Source of the DNA: Alkanindiges sp. WGS2144
Lineage (GTDB): Bacteria > Pseudomonadota > Gammaproteobacteria > Pseudomonadales > Moraxellaceae
NCBI RefSeq assembly: GCF_043950625.1
Contig: NZ_CP171007.1
Length of the DNA: 32,000 nt
Reading direction: 5' to 3' (one strand)
Shown here: piece by piece, positions 1 to 9,478 of the stretch
How the letters are laid out: the number at the start of each line of letters is the position of its first letter
Position numbering within the stretch: the first letter of the stretch is position 1
Position numbers and translations under genes: made by a program
Notes under the pieces: generated by a model
Seen by the model: only the letters and a program-made list of their open reading frames with translations
Told to the model about the DNA's origin: nothing
The model's database searches: none

Positions 1-1008
1 AACTCTACTACTCAATATTTAAATATGTTCTATGGGCTAGGACATTTTAATCTTCAGCATCTGGAAAACCAGAATGATCCTACACCTTTACTAAGCTTTA
101 CCCGGCGTGCAGCCCAGGATATGCGAGACGGCAATCTGGACGGAATGGGGTTATCTGGTGACGGGATAAACAGTACAGTATTTTTAAAAAATCCTATAGT
201 TAGCCCACAAATAGTTAATACTAATCCTCGACTCTCCAGTAGAGAGGACTTTCAAAAAGCTCAGGAAGCCACTCAAAAAAATTATGCTGAGCGCCTAAAA
301 CCAGCGATTTTAAGCTTCCTTGAAAACACCTTAAAAAGTACCGATAAGCCAGGTATCGAATACTTTAAAACAGTTGATTACCTCAGTGGAGCGCATGACA
401 AGTACAATGAAAACCTACCATCTGTACCCTTCCCCCGCAGTCTGGGTGCAGGTAACTACAAACGGGCGTTTGGCTTAGGACAAATCAAACTTACCAAAAA
501 TCTACAAACCACTCTGGATAACAATTGCCAAGAGATCACCGTTCCGGCAAATCCAGATGCTGGCAAAGAAGGTAGCGCCGATCAGTACGCTGAAATTGGC
601 TGCCAAATCGGCGTACAGGCAAATACTAACCTCGGGGCTTATAATCCAATTGAAAATCTGGTAGGTGCCTACTCGACAGTTGACAATAGTTGTAAACTGG
701 ATATCTATATCAATGGCAAGATTATATTGAGTAAAGGTAACCAAAGTTTTAATGGCAAGATCAATGGCTATGTATCAGATGCTATTATCCGCCTTACACC
801 AGGTGCCGAAGAATATCTGTTAAATGTTGCCTCCTCGGAGCTTAACCCGCCAGAGTTTATCCAGATTCGTACGGAAGGGCAAAAAATTATATCAGCCACT
901 GCAGGTGCAATGAATAGCAGCTCCAGCAACAGATATCCCAAGAAACTGGATCAGGAAAAACTGGTTTGTACCAACTTTAAAGCAGTGTTTGAAAAACCGA
1001 ATTCTTAA
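1..1008 (+). CDS. hypothetical protein, C-terminal portion (the gene probably starts upstream of the window)
   Basis: Frame 1 has no stop from nt 1 to the TAA at 1006-1008. The ATG at 25 used by the ORF track has no Shine-Dalgarno sequence upstream. The product is rich in Asn/Ser/Gly/Thr, has four Cys, and contains no motif I recognise. Confidence 0.5.
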   Translation, partial: NSTTQYLNMFYGLGHFNLQHLENQNDPTPLLSFTRRAAQDMRDGNLDGMGLSGDGINSTVFLKNPIVSPQIVNTNPRLSSREDFQKAQEATQKNYAERLKPAILSFLENTLKSTDKPGIEYFKTVDYLSGAHDKYNENLPSVPFPRSLGAGNYKRAFGLGQIKLTKNLQTTLDNNCQEITVPANPDAGKEGSADQYAEIGCQIGVQANTNLGAYNPIENLVGAYSTVDNSCKLDIYINGKIILSKGNQSFNGKINGYVSDAIIRLTPGAEEYLLNVASSELNPPEFIQIRTEGQKIISATAGAMNSSSSNRYPKKLDQEKLVCTNFKAVFEKPNS

Positions 1009-1682
1009 ACGGTATACCACCAGCTCGGCAGCTTAAATCGCTTGAGCTGCTGGCGGTGGTTTAAATAATTTTTATCGACGCATTGCATTTCATACCAGAA
1101 TTTTGCTGAGTGATTAAGCTGACGGGTATGGCATAGTTCATGCAGGATAACATAATCCATCAACTCGATAGGCATAAGTATTAAAGCGGCATTTAAGCTA
1201 ATGGCCTGCCTGGCAGAACAGCTGCCCCAACGGGTTTTGGCATGACGAACCTGACAGCTGCTATAGCCAAAACTGTGCTGAACAGCAAGTTGCTGTAATC
1301 GCTGTGGCAAATGAGCTTTTGCCTGATCGCGCACCCAGCGCTTTAATAGGTGAGCTGCCTGTGCCGGATGCACGATCAATTGGTGATCTGTTATGGCTAA
1401 GCTGGCAGTACTGTGCGTGTCACATAAGTGAACTGCAAAACTTTGCCCTAATAGCGGCAGATTTATTTTTTCACCATCATATGGAGCTTGTTCTGCCATA
1501 TGGGGTGCATAATATTTATTCCATGTTTGAATCAGCCAGTTTTCCGACTCTTGTAAAAATGTCTGTATTTTTTGCTCTGAGGTATGAGGTGGTGTGGTTA
1601 AAAATATCTGATGATGGGCAATGTGCAGCTTTAAGCGGCGCGCATTGACTTTAACACGCCGCTGAATGGCAGGAATTTTCAT
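1005..1682 (-). CDS. YgjP-like DUF45/M48-type zinc metallopeptidase
   Basis: An HExxH motif (ILHELCHTRQLNHS) lies near the C-terminus, and the length of about 225 aa fits the YgjP/DUF45 family. The ORF-track start at 1688 is a TTG; the first ATG is at 1682 (MKIPAIQRR). The start is uncertain by 2 codons. Confidence 0.72.
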   Translation of the reverse strand: MKIPAIQRRVKVNARRLKLHIAHHQIFLTTPPHTSEQKIQTFLQESENWLIQTWNKYYAPHMAEQAPYDGEKINLPLLGQSFAVHLCDTHSTASLAITDHQLIVHPAQAAHLLKRWVRDQAKAHLPQRLQQLAVQHSFGYSSCQVRHAKTRWGSCSARQAISLNAALILMPIELMDYVILHELCHTRQLNHSAKFWYEMQCVDKNYLNHRQQLKRFKLPSWWYTV

Positions 1683-1713
1683 CTCCAATACGGAACCTGG
1701 TCTTTACCTGGGC

Positions 1714-2385
1714 TTACTCTGGTTTTAGCTCACGTACACCATTCTCACCGGCAATGAGCGCAAGGCTCGCGCCTTGTGCGGCAAAAATGCCGTTAGTCAC
1801 TACACCTGGAATATTATTAAGCGCCTGCTCCATTTCTATAGGGTTTAAAATATCCAGATTAAAAATATCCAGAATGACATTGCCATTATCAGTAACCACG
1901 CCTTCACGATAGGCTGGATCACCGCCCAGTGCGACAATTTTGCGTGCTACACTAGAGCGTGCCATGGGAATGACCTCAACTGGTACCGGAAAATCCCGCC
2001 CCAGTTGCCCTACCCATTTGGACTCATCCACAATACAGATAAATTGACGCGCTACGGAGGCTACAATTTTTTCGCGGGTTAACGCCGCACCGCCGCCTTT
2101 AATCATATGTAAATGCCGGTCAATTTCATCTGCACCATCCACATAGGCATCCAGGCTGCCTACATGGTTAAGTTCAACCACCTCAATACCCACTGCTTTC
2201 AAGCGCTCTTCTGTCGCTTTTGAGCTGGCCACTGCACCTTCCAGATGCAAGCTGGGTAACATGTCAATGAGAAAATTAACCGTACTGCCCGTGCCCACCC
2301 CTAAAATACCGCCTTTGGGCAAGTGCGCCAAAGCTGCTTCTGCTGCCGCGCGTTTACGTTGATCCTGAATTGACAAATTGGTCAT
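1714..2385 (-). CDS. rpiA: ribose-5-phosphate isomerase A
   Basis: The 223-aa product has the [10 protein letters not shown] phosphate-binding loop and DGADE and [11 protein letters not shown] motifs, colinear with RpiA. The start is the ATG at 2385. Confidence 0.95.
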   Translation of the reverse strand: MTNLSIQDQRKRAAAEAALAHLPKGGILGVGTGSTVNFLIDMLPSLHLEGAVASSKATEERLKAVGIEVVELNHVGSLDAYVDGADEIDRHLHMIKGGGAALTREKIVASVARQFICIVDESKWVGQLGRDFPVPVEVIPMARSSVARKIVALGGDPAYREGVVTDNGNVILDIFNLDILNPIEMEQALNNIPGVVTNGIFAAQGASLALIAGENGVRELKPE

Positions 2386-2489
2386 AGTTTTATCTCAAGG
2401 CATAAAATAAATTTGCGGCAATTTTAAGTCTTGTAAGCCTTAAAACGCTACAATAAGCTGCTTCTTTTATTATACAGGTGAAATCAGCC

Positions 2490-4034
2490 ATGCTCTCACG
2501 TTGGGTCAGACAAATTTTACAGGCAACCGTGTATGACGTTGCCATAGAAACCCCGCTAGAAGCTGCCCCACGAATTTCTGAGCGTCTGAATAATCACATT
2601 CGTTTTAAGCGTGAAGACCTGCAACCGGTATTTTCCTTTAAATTACGCGGCGCATACAACCGCATCAGCCAAATGCCAGGCGATCAGTTAAAGCGTGGCG
2701 TGATTTGTGCCTCTGCTGGCAACCATGCTCAGGGTGTGGCTTATTCAGGGCAAAAACTGGGCATTGAAACCATTATTGTGATGCCCAGCACCACACCTGA
2801 TATTAAGGTTAATGCAGTTAAGCGGCTGGGCGGCAATGTGGTACTGCATGGTGACAGCTTTGATGTTGCTAATCAATATGCCATTGCACGGGCAAAAGAA
2901 GAAGGCTTAGCCTATGTACCACCCTATGATGATGAGCTGGTGATTGCCGGGCAAGGCACTATTGCAACAGAAATTCTAAAGCAGTGGCGTCAGGTTGAGT
3001 ACGTATTTGTGGCTGTAGGTGGTGGTGGCCTGATTGCCGGGGTAGCCGCTTATCTGGGTGAAGTGGCACCGCATGTAAAAGTCATTGCAGTAGAATCAGA
3101 TGAATCTGCCTGCTTAAAACTGGCCCTGCAATGCAACGAGCGGGCTAAATTGCCGCAGGTTGGGCTATTTGCCGATGGCACAGCAGTCGCACAGATTGGC
3201 GCTTTGCCTTTTGAAGTCTTAAAGTTGCAAAAATCAGATGGGACAGGTGCCCTTATTGAGCCGGAGATAGTCACTTGTTCTACCGATGAAATTTGCGCTG
3301 CCATCAAGGATGTTTTTGAAGAAAATCGTACCATTGTTGAGCCATCTGGTGCACTGGCACTGGCTGGCATTAAAAAATATGTGGCAGAACACGCGATTGA
3401 AAACAAAAACATGGTTGCTATAGTGTGCGGCGCCAATATGAATTTTGATCGCCTGCGCTATATTGCCGAGCGCACTGAAATTGGTGAAAAACGCGAAGCT
3501 ATTTTTGCAGTCACCATTCCAGAGCAAAAAGGAGCTTATCTGGAATTTTGCCGTGCCCTGAAAGGCCGGGCTATTACCGAATTTAACTATCGCTACCAGC
3601 CGCCCTCTGCTCAGGGCAGTGCCTCAGCGCGTATATTTGTAGGCATTGGACTTAAAAATGGCGCTGTAGAACATCAGGCCATTTTAAATGACTTACAAGG
3701 TTATCAGGTTAATGATCTGACTGAAGATGAAGTGGCCAAGCTGCATATTCGCTATTTGATTGGTGGTCATGCCGGGCTTGATGATGAACACTTGTTCCGG
3801 GTTGAATTTCCTGAACGCCCCGGTGCCCTATTAAACTTCCTTGAACGCCTGGGGCAGCAGTTCAATATCTCGCTGTTTCATTACCGCAATCATGGTGCTG
3901 CTGAAGGGCGGGTACTCATGGGCTTGCAACGCGGCAACTATCAGCCTCAGGAGCTGATTACTGCACTTGACAGTACGGGCTATCCTTATGAAGAAATTAC
4001 CAACAACCCGGGTTATCAACTGTTTTTAAGATAG
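2490..4034 (+). CDS. ilvA: biosynthetic threonine dehydratase (threonine ammonia-lyase)
   Basis: It has the PLP lysine motif FSFKLRGAYN and the GGGGL loop. The C-terminal duplicated regulatory domains give about 514 aa. AGGTGA lies 8 nt upstream of the ATG at 2490; the ORF track begins at the GTG at 2478. Confidence 0.94.
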   Translation: MLSRWVRQILQATVYDVAIETPLEAAPRISERLNNHIRFKREDLQPVFSFKLRGAYNRISQMPGDQLKRGVICASAGNHAQGVAYSGQKLGIETIIVMPSTTPDIKVNAVKRLGGNVVLHGDSFDVANQYAIARAKEEGLAYVPPYDDELVIAGQGTIATEILKQWRQVEYVFVAVGGGGLIAGVAAYLGEVAPHVKVIAVESDESACLKLALQCNERAKLPQVGLFADGTAVAQIGALPFEVLKLQKSDGTGALIEPEIVTCSTDEICAAIKDVFEENRTIVEPSGALALAGIKKYVAEHAIENKNMVAIVCGANMNFDRLRYIAERTEIGEKREAIFAVTIPEQKGAYLEFCRALKGRAITEFNYRYQPPSAQGSASARIFVGIGLKNGAVEHQAILNDLQGYQVNDLTEDEVAKLHIRYLIGGHAGLDDEHLFRVEFPERPGALLNFLERLGQQFNISLFHYRNHGAAEGRVLMGLQRGNYQPQELITALDSTGYPYEEITNNPGYQLFLR

Positions 4035-4065
4035 CTTTTAAAAGCTATTAACTAATGATTAAAAC

Positions 4066-4101
4066 GCACAGGCAAACCAAAGTTGCCTGTGCATTATTTT
4101 T
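4066..4101. terminator. bidirectional Rho-independent terminator between convergent ilvA and the M16 peptidase gene
   Basis: A perfect 10-bp stem GCACAGGCAA/TTGCCTGTGC with the 7-nt loop ACCAAAG is followed by ATTATTTTT on the plus strand. It is preceded by AAAAC, which reads GTTTT on the minus strand. Confidence 0.7.
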
Positions 4102-4136
4102 GTAGCGTGAACTTTGGCTACCACAAACGAGCAAGC

Positions 4137-7073
4137 CTAAACCTGCTCCACCTTAAAGTTTAAGTCCTGTAGCTCGGTAGATTTAGCATACGGCGCAACC
4201 ACGGCACGTGTCGGCGCCTGGCTTTTAATATACTGCTGCGCCACCCGCTTGAGATCATCCAGCGTGACTTTAAGTAAATCGGCACGCATGTTACGCCTAA
4301 ACTCAGGCGTACGGCCATGCAGCATGGCATGACAAGCCGTAATTGCCTCACCAGCCGGCGAGCCGGGCTTATCCATACTGGCAATCAGACCCAGAATAGC
4401 CTCTTCAAGCTGGTAAGCTTCCTGTTTTTCATAAAGTAACCAGTCAATACTGGCTATAAAATCCTTAAAGGTTTCGCTCAAACGGGGATCACGATAGCTG
4501 TGGAAGCGAAAAGCGCAAGCATTGCCATCATAGCTGGCACCACCGCCATAAGCGCCTCCCTGTTCACGCAATGCACGATGCAAAAATCCATTTTTTAAAT
4601 ACGGGCCTAGTACCATCAGAGCACAAGCATCAGGGTGATTGACTGGCACTGCCGGATAGGCAGCCGCACAAAACTGGACATTAGCCTGGATGAGCCAGGC
4701 AATATCCTGCTGCTCAGCCGGATAATTTTTTGTTGCCAAACCATGAACTTGTGGCTGGGTAAGCGCCTGCTGCCATACCTGCTGTAGCTGTTCGCTCAAA
4801 GCAGGTATTTTTTCCTGCTCAGCCACCAGCAAAAACTGCTTGGGCAAACTCATTACCTGCTGATGTAGCTGTTGTAAATCCTGGATAAGCTGATCCAGTG
4901 CTTGGGGGTTTTGCTCAATATCCTGCACCAACGTTTTTAGCCACACCAGCGCAGGCAAGCCGGCATTATAATAATCCCGACGTGCCAGAGCGCTCATATG
5001 GCGGGAAGCTGTTTGCAAGGCATAGCTATGACCAGCACCGGACAGGCGCGATTGCCAGCGTGTCTTGCGCTGTTGCAGTAATTCTAAAATGCGGTCTTTT
5101 TCATCAAAACGCAGTTGTTCAAACGCGGTTTTTAACAGTTGTAGGGCTTCGGTTTTTTCATTTAAGGCCTTGGTTGCCAGTACCAGATAGCTACTGGCCT
5201 GCTCAGCATTATCAATAGCAGAACGGAAGCTGGCACCCAGATGGACTCCACCGCTCACCATTGCCTGTGCCTGTTGCAGCTCCAGATAACTCATGTGGCC
5301 TGCTCCAAGCTCACCCACCAAAGAGGTATAAATACCCAAAAGCGGTGATTGCAGCACTTCATCCGGGATTTGAATGAGCACTTGTTGATAGTACAAGCCA
5401 TTGGTTCCTGCTGCATACTGGTAAAATGGTACACGCTGACCATTTACTTTCAGGCTGCTGGTAGTGCCTTCCACAATATGCAAGTCGGCAGGAATATCCG
5501 CCAGCCCCACTTTGGGCAACAAGGACAGATCATCTTCCTGAACCTGACGGGCTTCCAGCAAACGGGCCTGTTCAATGAGCTGCTGACGTTTTTCATCATT
5601 TAGTTGCTGCTCAACCTGCTCCAGCTGAGCCTGCTCTCGTGCCTGATCACGCATGCTTTTTTGGGGATCGGGCTTTAGGATTAGTCGTACCCGGTGTGGA
5701 TTGTCTATCAGATATTGCTGAATCACTTGTGGTAGCCATTGCGGGTCTTTGAGCTGCTCACGCAGTTCGGCTAGATGTGGCTCAATTTGCCAGGCATCCA
5801 GCGGATTACCGCCATGAATAGCGCTGCCCAGACCATTTAACAGCAAAGTCAGGCCATACGGCATGCCATCACCACCAATTTCACGCTGATGCAACTCAAT
5901 CTGATGCAATACTGCTTCAATCTGGCTGGTGTCAACCGGGTTGTCTACTACGTCCTGCAAAACCTTCATCATACCGGCTTCCAGCGCATCAGCCTTATCT
6001 GCCTCACTGCCCTGCAAACCACAATAAAAGGTCATCTCAAAATTACTGTCGTCCAGGCCCATTAACGGCGAAGTCGATTCACCCAGCCCACAGGTTTCCA
6101 GATACTGACGTAATGGCGAACCAGAGTGCTCCATCAATACGCCTTCTATCAAACGCAAAGCCAACCGGGTTTTGATATCAGTACTAGGTGGCAACAGCCA
6201 TGCAAACTGGATATAGGTTTTTTTGCTCAGCTCGTCACTATCTACCGCATAGACGTCTTCCACTTGCAAAGGCGCAGTCAAACGCTGTTCCGGTACGGAT
6301 TTAAGAGTATCACCTGCATTAAAGCTCTTCAGGGCTTGGTCTTCAAAAGCCTGCTGTAGCTCGACCGGAGATAAATTACCAAAGCTCATGAATACCGCAT
6401 TGGACGGATGATAGTGCGACTGGTAGAACGCGATCAAATCCTGATGGCTTAGCTTGGGGATATCAGCCGGATCACCACCAGAGTTATAATGATAGGTGGT
6501 TTTTGGATATAAAGAATGAGCAAGCGTATGATAGAGCTGGTCAGTCGGTGAACTCATGGCACCTTTCATTTCATTAAACACCACGCCCTTATAGACCGGC
6601 TTGTTATTCTCCAGTTCAATGCGAATGCCTTCCTGGGCAAAATCAAGCTCATGCAAATTGGCAAAAAAGGCGGCATCCAGATAAACCGACAATAAATTAA
6701 AGAAGTCAGTTTTATTTTGTGTGGCAAAGGGATAAGCCGTCCAGTCAGCAGCGGTAAACGCATTCATAAAGGTGTTTAGTGAGCGGCGAATCATGGAAAA
6801 AAACGGATCACGCACTGGGTATTTTTGTGATCCACATAGCGCAGTATGCTCCAGAATATGCGCAACGCCAGTAGAATCCATAGGTTGGGTTCTAAACGCT
6901 ACCAAAAACACGTTTTCATCATTATCTGCTGCCAGGTGATAATGCAGCGCTCCTGTCGCACGATGCCGGTATTGTAAAAACTCTACAGATAGTGCAGGAA
7001 TATAATGCCTGTTGATTAACTCAAACGCAGGGTGAACCAGATTTTGCTCTGGTACTGAAAACGCGGCAGTCAT
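4137..7073 (-). CDS. M16C (PreP/Cym1-like) insulinase-family zinc metalloprotease
   Basis: The 978-aa product has the inverted zinc motif HILEH (HxxEH) within GVAHILEHTALCGSQKYP. Its N-terminal region is colinear with presequence-protease-type M16C enzymes. GGAG lies 6 nt upstream of the ATG at 7073. Confidence 0.85.
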   Translation of the reverse strand: MTAAFSVPEQNLVHPAFELINRHYIPALSVEFLQYRHRATGALHYHLAADNDENVFLVAFRTQPMDSTGVAHILEHTALCGSQKYPVRDPFFSMIRRSLNTFMNAFTAADWTAYPFATQNKTDFFNLLSVYLDAAFFANLHELDFAQEGIRIELENNKPVYKGVVFNEMKGAMSSPTDQLYHTLAHSLYPKTTYHYNSGGDPADIPKLSHQDLIAFYQSHYHPSNAVFMSFGNLSPVELQQAFEDQALKSFNAGDTLKSVPEQRLTAPLQVEDVYAVDSDELSKKTYIQFAWLLPPSTDIKTRLALRLIEGVLMEHSGSPLRQYLETCGLGESTSPLMGLDDSNFEMTFYCGLQGSEADKADALEAGMMKVLQDVVDNPVDTSQIEAVLHQIELHQREIGGDGMPYGLTLLLNGLGSAIHGGNPLDAWQIEPHLAELREQLKDPQWLPQVIQQYLIDNPHRVRLILKPDPQKSMRDQAREQAQLEQVEQQLNDEKRQQLIEQARLLEARQVQEDDLSLLPKVGLADIPADLHIVEGTTSSLKVNGQRVPFYQYAAGTNGLYYQQVLIQIPDEVLQSPLLGIYTSLVGELGAGHMSYLELQQAQAMVSGGVHLGASFRSAIDNAEQASSYLVLATKALNEKTEALQLLKTAFEQLRFDEKDRILELLQQRKTRWQSRLSGAGHSYALQTASRHMSALARRDYYNAGLPALVWLKTLVQDIEQNPQALDQLIQDLQQLHQQVMSLPKQFLLVAEQEKIPALSEQLQQVWQQALTQPQVHGLATKNYPAEQQDIAWLIQANVQFCAAAYPAVPVNHPDACALMVLGPYLKNGFLHRALREQGGAYGGGASYDGNACAFRFHSYRDPRLSETFKDFIASIDWLLYEKQEAYQLEEAILGLIASMDKPGSPAGEAITACHAMLHGRTPEFRRNMRADLLKVTLDDLKRVAQQYIKSQAPTRAVVAPYAKSTELQDLNFKVEQV

Positions 7074-7258
7074 GCAAACTCCAAAAATTGATTTGTCCTG
7101 TCCAGTTTGACAGCAGGACTAGGGTATAAAACTGGCTGGTCTAAAGCGTTGCCTTATGAATCCCGGCCTGACAAGAACGGAATAAAACGGCATTTAAGCA
7201 ACATGACACAGCCTATGTCCTAATTAAGACCAAGCTTATCTTAAATTAAGCCGGGATA

Positions 7259-7270
7259 TTGAAATTTCAA
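7259..7270. promoter_or_regulatory. 12-bp perfect palindrome TTGAAATTTCAA upstream of the PfkB kinase gene
   Basis: The sequence is self-complementary and lies 79-90 nt upstream of the ATG at 7349, in the 275-bp divergent intergenic region. Its function is unknown. Confidence 0.25.
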
Positions 7271-7348
7271 GCCAAAAACATATTTATCCTTTTTTATCCA
7301 TGTTAATCTTGATGTTTTTAAAGAATATAACTTCCGGAAATCCTGTTT

Positions 7349-8356
7349 ATGTCAGTTGATTTATATGTTATTGGAAATGCGCTGGTTGATCTGGAATATA
7401 GTGTGGATGATCATTTCCTGCTGGCTCATCAATTACAAAAAGGCACCATGCAACTGGCCGAACAGGCAACCCAGCAACAGCTACTTGCCAATTTAAACCA
7501 GCATTATCATGCCCAGGAACAGGCTAGTGGCGGCTCTGCAGCCAATTCAACTGTGGCTTTTGCGGCCATGGGTGGCAGTGCATTTTATGCCTGCCGGGTT
7601 GGCAATGATGAATTTGGCCAGTTTTACCTTGATGGTTTAAGTAGCGCCAGAGTACAGGTATCAACCAGCTCAAGCAGTGAGGGTGAAACGGGCACCTGTG
7701 TGGTACTGGTTACCCCTGATGGCGAGCGTACCATGCAGACTTATCTTGGGATTACCGCCGAGTTAAGTGGCCAGCAAGTTAATTTTGAGCCTTTGAGCGC
7801 TGCCAGATATTTATATATTGAAGGTTATCTGGCTACCAGCACAACAGCCCGCAATGCCGTAAAACAGGCACGTAAAATTGCCCGCACCCATCAAATCCAG
7901 ATTGCTATTACCCTGTCTGACCCGGCCATGGTGCAATATGCCCGTGAAGGCCTGGATGATCTGATTGATGATGGCGTGGATGTGCTATTTTGCAATGAAC
8001 ATGAAGCGCGTATGTACACCTGTACAGAAACCCTAAACGACACACTTAAAGCCCTATTAAAAATAAGTAAAACCGTGATTGTGACCCGCAGTGCACAAGG
8101 TGCGATCATTGCCACACAGGCGGGTGAGCAAATTGACATTGCTGCTGTACCCTGCAAGGCCATTGATACGCTGGGTGCTGGTGATGCTTTTGCCGGTGCA
8201 TTTTTGTATGGCCTTAACGAGGGCTATCATCTTGAGCAATGTGGCAAACTGGCAGCAGCTACAGCATCGACAGTGGTCAGTCAATATGGCCCGCGCTTAA
8301 GTGTTGAGCAGTATCAATCCATCTTGCAACAGTATCAGCCGCAAGCAACGGTTTAA
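7349..8356 (+). CDS. PfkB-family carbohydrate/nucleoside kinase (adenosine-kinase-like)
   Basis: The 335-aa product has the C-terminal DTLGAGDAFAGAFLYG motif of the ribokinase/PfkB family and an N-terminal GNALVD beta-strand typical of bacterial adenosine kinases. Confidence 0.8.
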   Translation: MSVDLYVIGNALVDLEYSVDDHFLLAHQLQKGTMQLAEQATQQQLLANLNQHYHAQEQASGGSAANSTVAFAAMGGSAFYACRVGNDEFGQFYLDGLSSARVQVSTSSSSEGETGTCVVLVTPDGERTMQTYLGITAELSGQQVNFEPLSAARYLYIEGYLATSTTARNAVKQARKIARTHQIQIAITLSDPAMVQYAREGLDDLIDDGVDVLFCNEHEARMYTCTETLNDTLKALLKISKTVIVTRSAQGAIIATQAGEQIDIAAVPCKAIDTLGAGDAFAGAFLYGLNEGYHLEQCGKLAAATASTVVSQYGPRLSVEQYQSILQQYQPQATV

Positions 8357-8368
8357 GAGAAAATAGCC

Positions 8369-8689
8369 ATGCAGCTACTTTGTCATACCGAAGATATCCC
8401 TGAGCGCGAGTCACGGGAATTTGATACACCCAAAGGCCCCATCTTTATTACCCAGCGCGACGGTACGTTTTATGCGTATTTAAACAACTGTCCACATTTG
8501 GGCACTGAACTCAATTATATGGAAAATGAATTCCTGGATATGGATAAAGAGCTGATTATCTGCTCGACCCATGGTGCATTATTTCAGGTAGAAGATGGTT
8601 TTTGTATTTTTGGCCCCTGCCAGGGGGATCATTTAACCTCAGTTGAAATTAGCGTACATTCAGATGGAGGCATTTACCTGGTTGAATAA
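8369..8689 (+). CDS. small Rieske (2Fe-2S) domain protein
   Basis: CPHLG (CxH) and CSTHG (CxxH) ligand motifs occur at Rieske spacing in a 106-aa product. The gene starts 12 nt after the kinase stop. Confidence 0.8.
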   Translation: MQLLCHTEDIPERESREFDTPKGPIFITQRDGTFYAYLNNCPHLGTELNYMENEFLDMDKELIICSTHGALFQVEDGFCIFGPCQGDHLTSVEISVHSDGGIYLVE

Positions 8690-8841
8690 TTTCACACTGA
8701 CTTGCCCGATTAAGATGCAAAATCGTTAAGCATAGCAATGCCGATATCATAAAAATCATGTTGGCTGAATTCAATATCAGCAGGGATATACTACGCCAGG
8801 GGTTACTGGATTTTAACCCCTTATGTTTAGGGATTATCAAT

Positions 8842-9465
8842 ATGACCGGTTCATGGCTTTTTTCAGCGCCTTTTTGGCTATTTACCCTTAGCCTGATGAT
8901 AACACTGATTTTAACTATTACCGGTACATTAGGTGCTACCCTTAAATTGCACCCCTCTGCCTGGCTCATTGCCCGCCTACCCCGCTTTTTAGAACAGCAA
9001 CTTATTCAATCCGGCATTCAATATTTTCCAATATTTACTTTGGGTATATTGTTTTTATTGAATTTTGGCTTATTGGGTTATGCGTTACAATTCATATGGT
9101 TTGCATTTAAGCATCATTTCGCCCCTGTATGGTTTCTGGTTATCCCTGCCTTGCTGTTCGCCCTTCTCTTTACGGTATTTTTAAGCCGCTGGCTAAGTCA
9201 CTTTATAGATATCCCTTTTGAAGCTGCACCAGATACCCCACCTGATTTATTGGGTCGTGTCGCTACTATTTGCCGCGGCAATGCCCGCCCAGGCTTAAGC
9301 GCCCAGGCCAGAGTACGCGACCAGTTGGGGCAGCTGCATTATATTGAGGTAGAACCTGAGTTCGGTGAGCTGGAATTAAACAGTGAAGTGATTTTGATAG
9401 CCAGGCATCAACGCCTGTATGTAGCCAAAACCTTACCAAAAGATAATCACCTGCTGGATCAATAA
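8842..9465 (+). CDS. yqiJ: YqiJ-family (DUF1449) inner-membrane protein
   Basis: The C-terminal DQLGQLHYIEVEPEFGE parallels E. coli YqiJ DQFGQIHYLLLEPEEGK, and there are several hydrophobic TM segments. I set the start at the ATG at 8842 (MTGSWLFSAPFWLF, AGGGA about 8 nt upstream), by analogy with the YqiJ N-terminus. The ORF-track start at 8758 remains possible. Confidence 0.7.
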   Translation: MTGSWLFSAPFWLFTLSLMITLILTITGTLGATLKLHPSAWLIARLPRFLEQQLIQSGIQYFPIFTLGILFLLNFGLLGYALQFIWFAFKHHFAPVWFLVIPALLFALLFTVFLSRWLSHFIDIPFEAAPDTPPDLLGRVATICRGNARPGLSAQARVRDQLGQLHYIEVEPEFGELELNSEVILIARHQRLYVAKTLPKDNHLLDQ

Positions 9466-9478
9466 CTGCCTTATAAAG

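Noticed and set aside
3050-3527. Two overlapping minus-strand ORFs (128 aa and 97 aa) inside ilvA. The same class includes 1304-1648, 4898-5218, 7891-8300, 24930-25289 and 26183-27559.
   Set aside because: All are embedded antisense or off-frame within confidently assigned genes. They are short and lack motifs, so I treat them as chance open frames.
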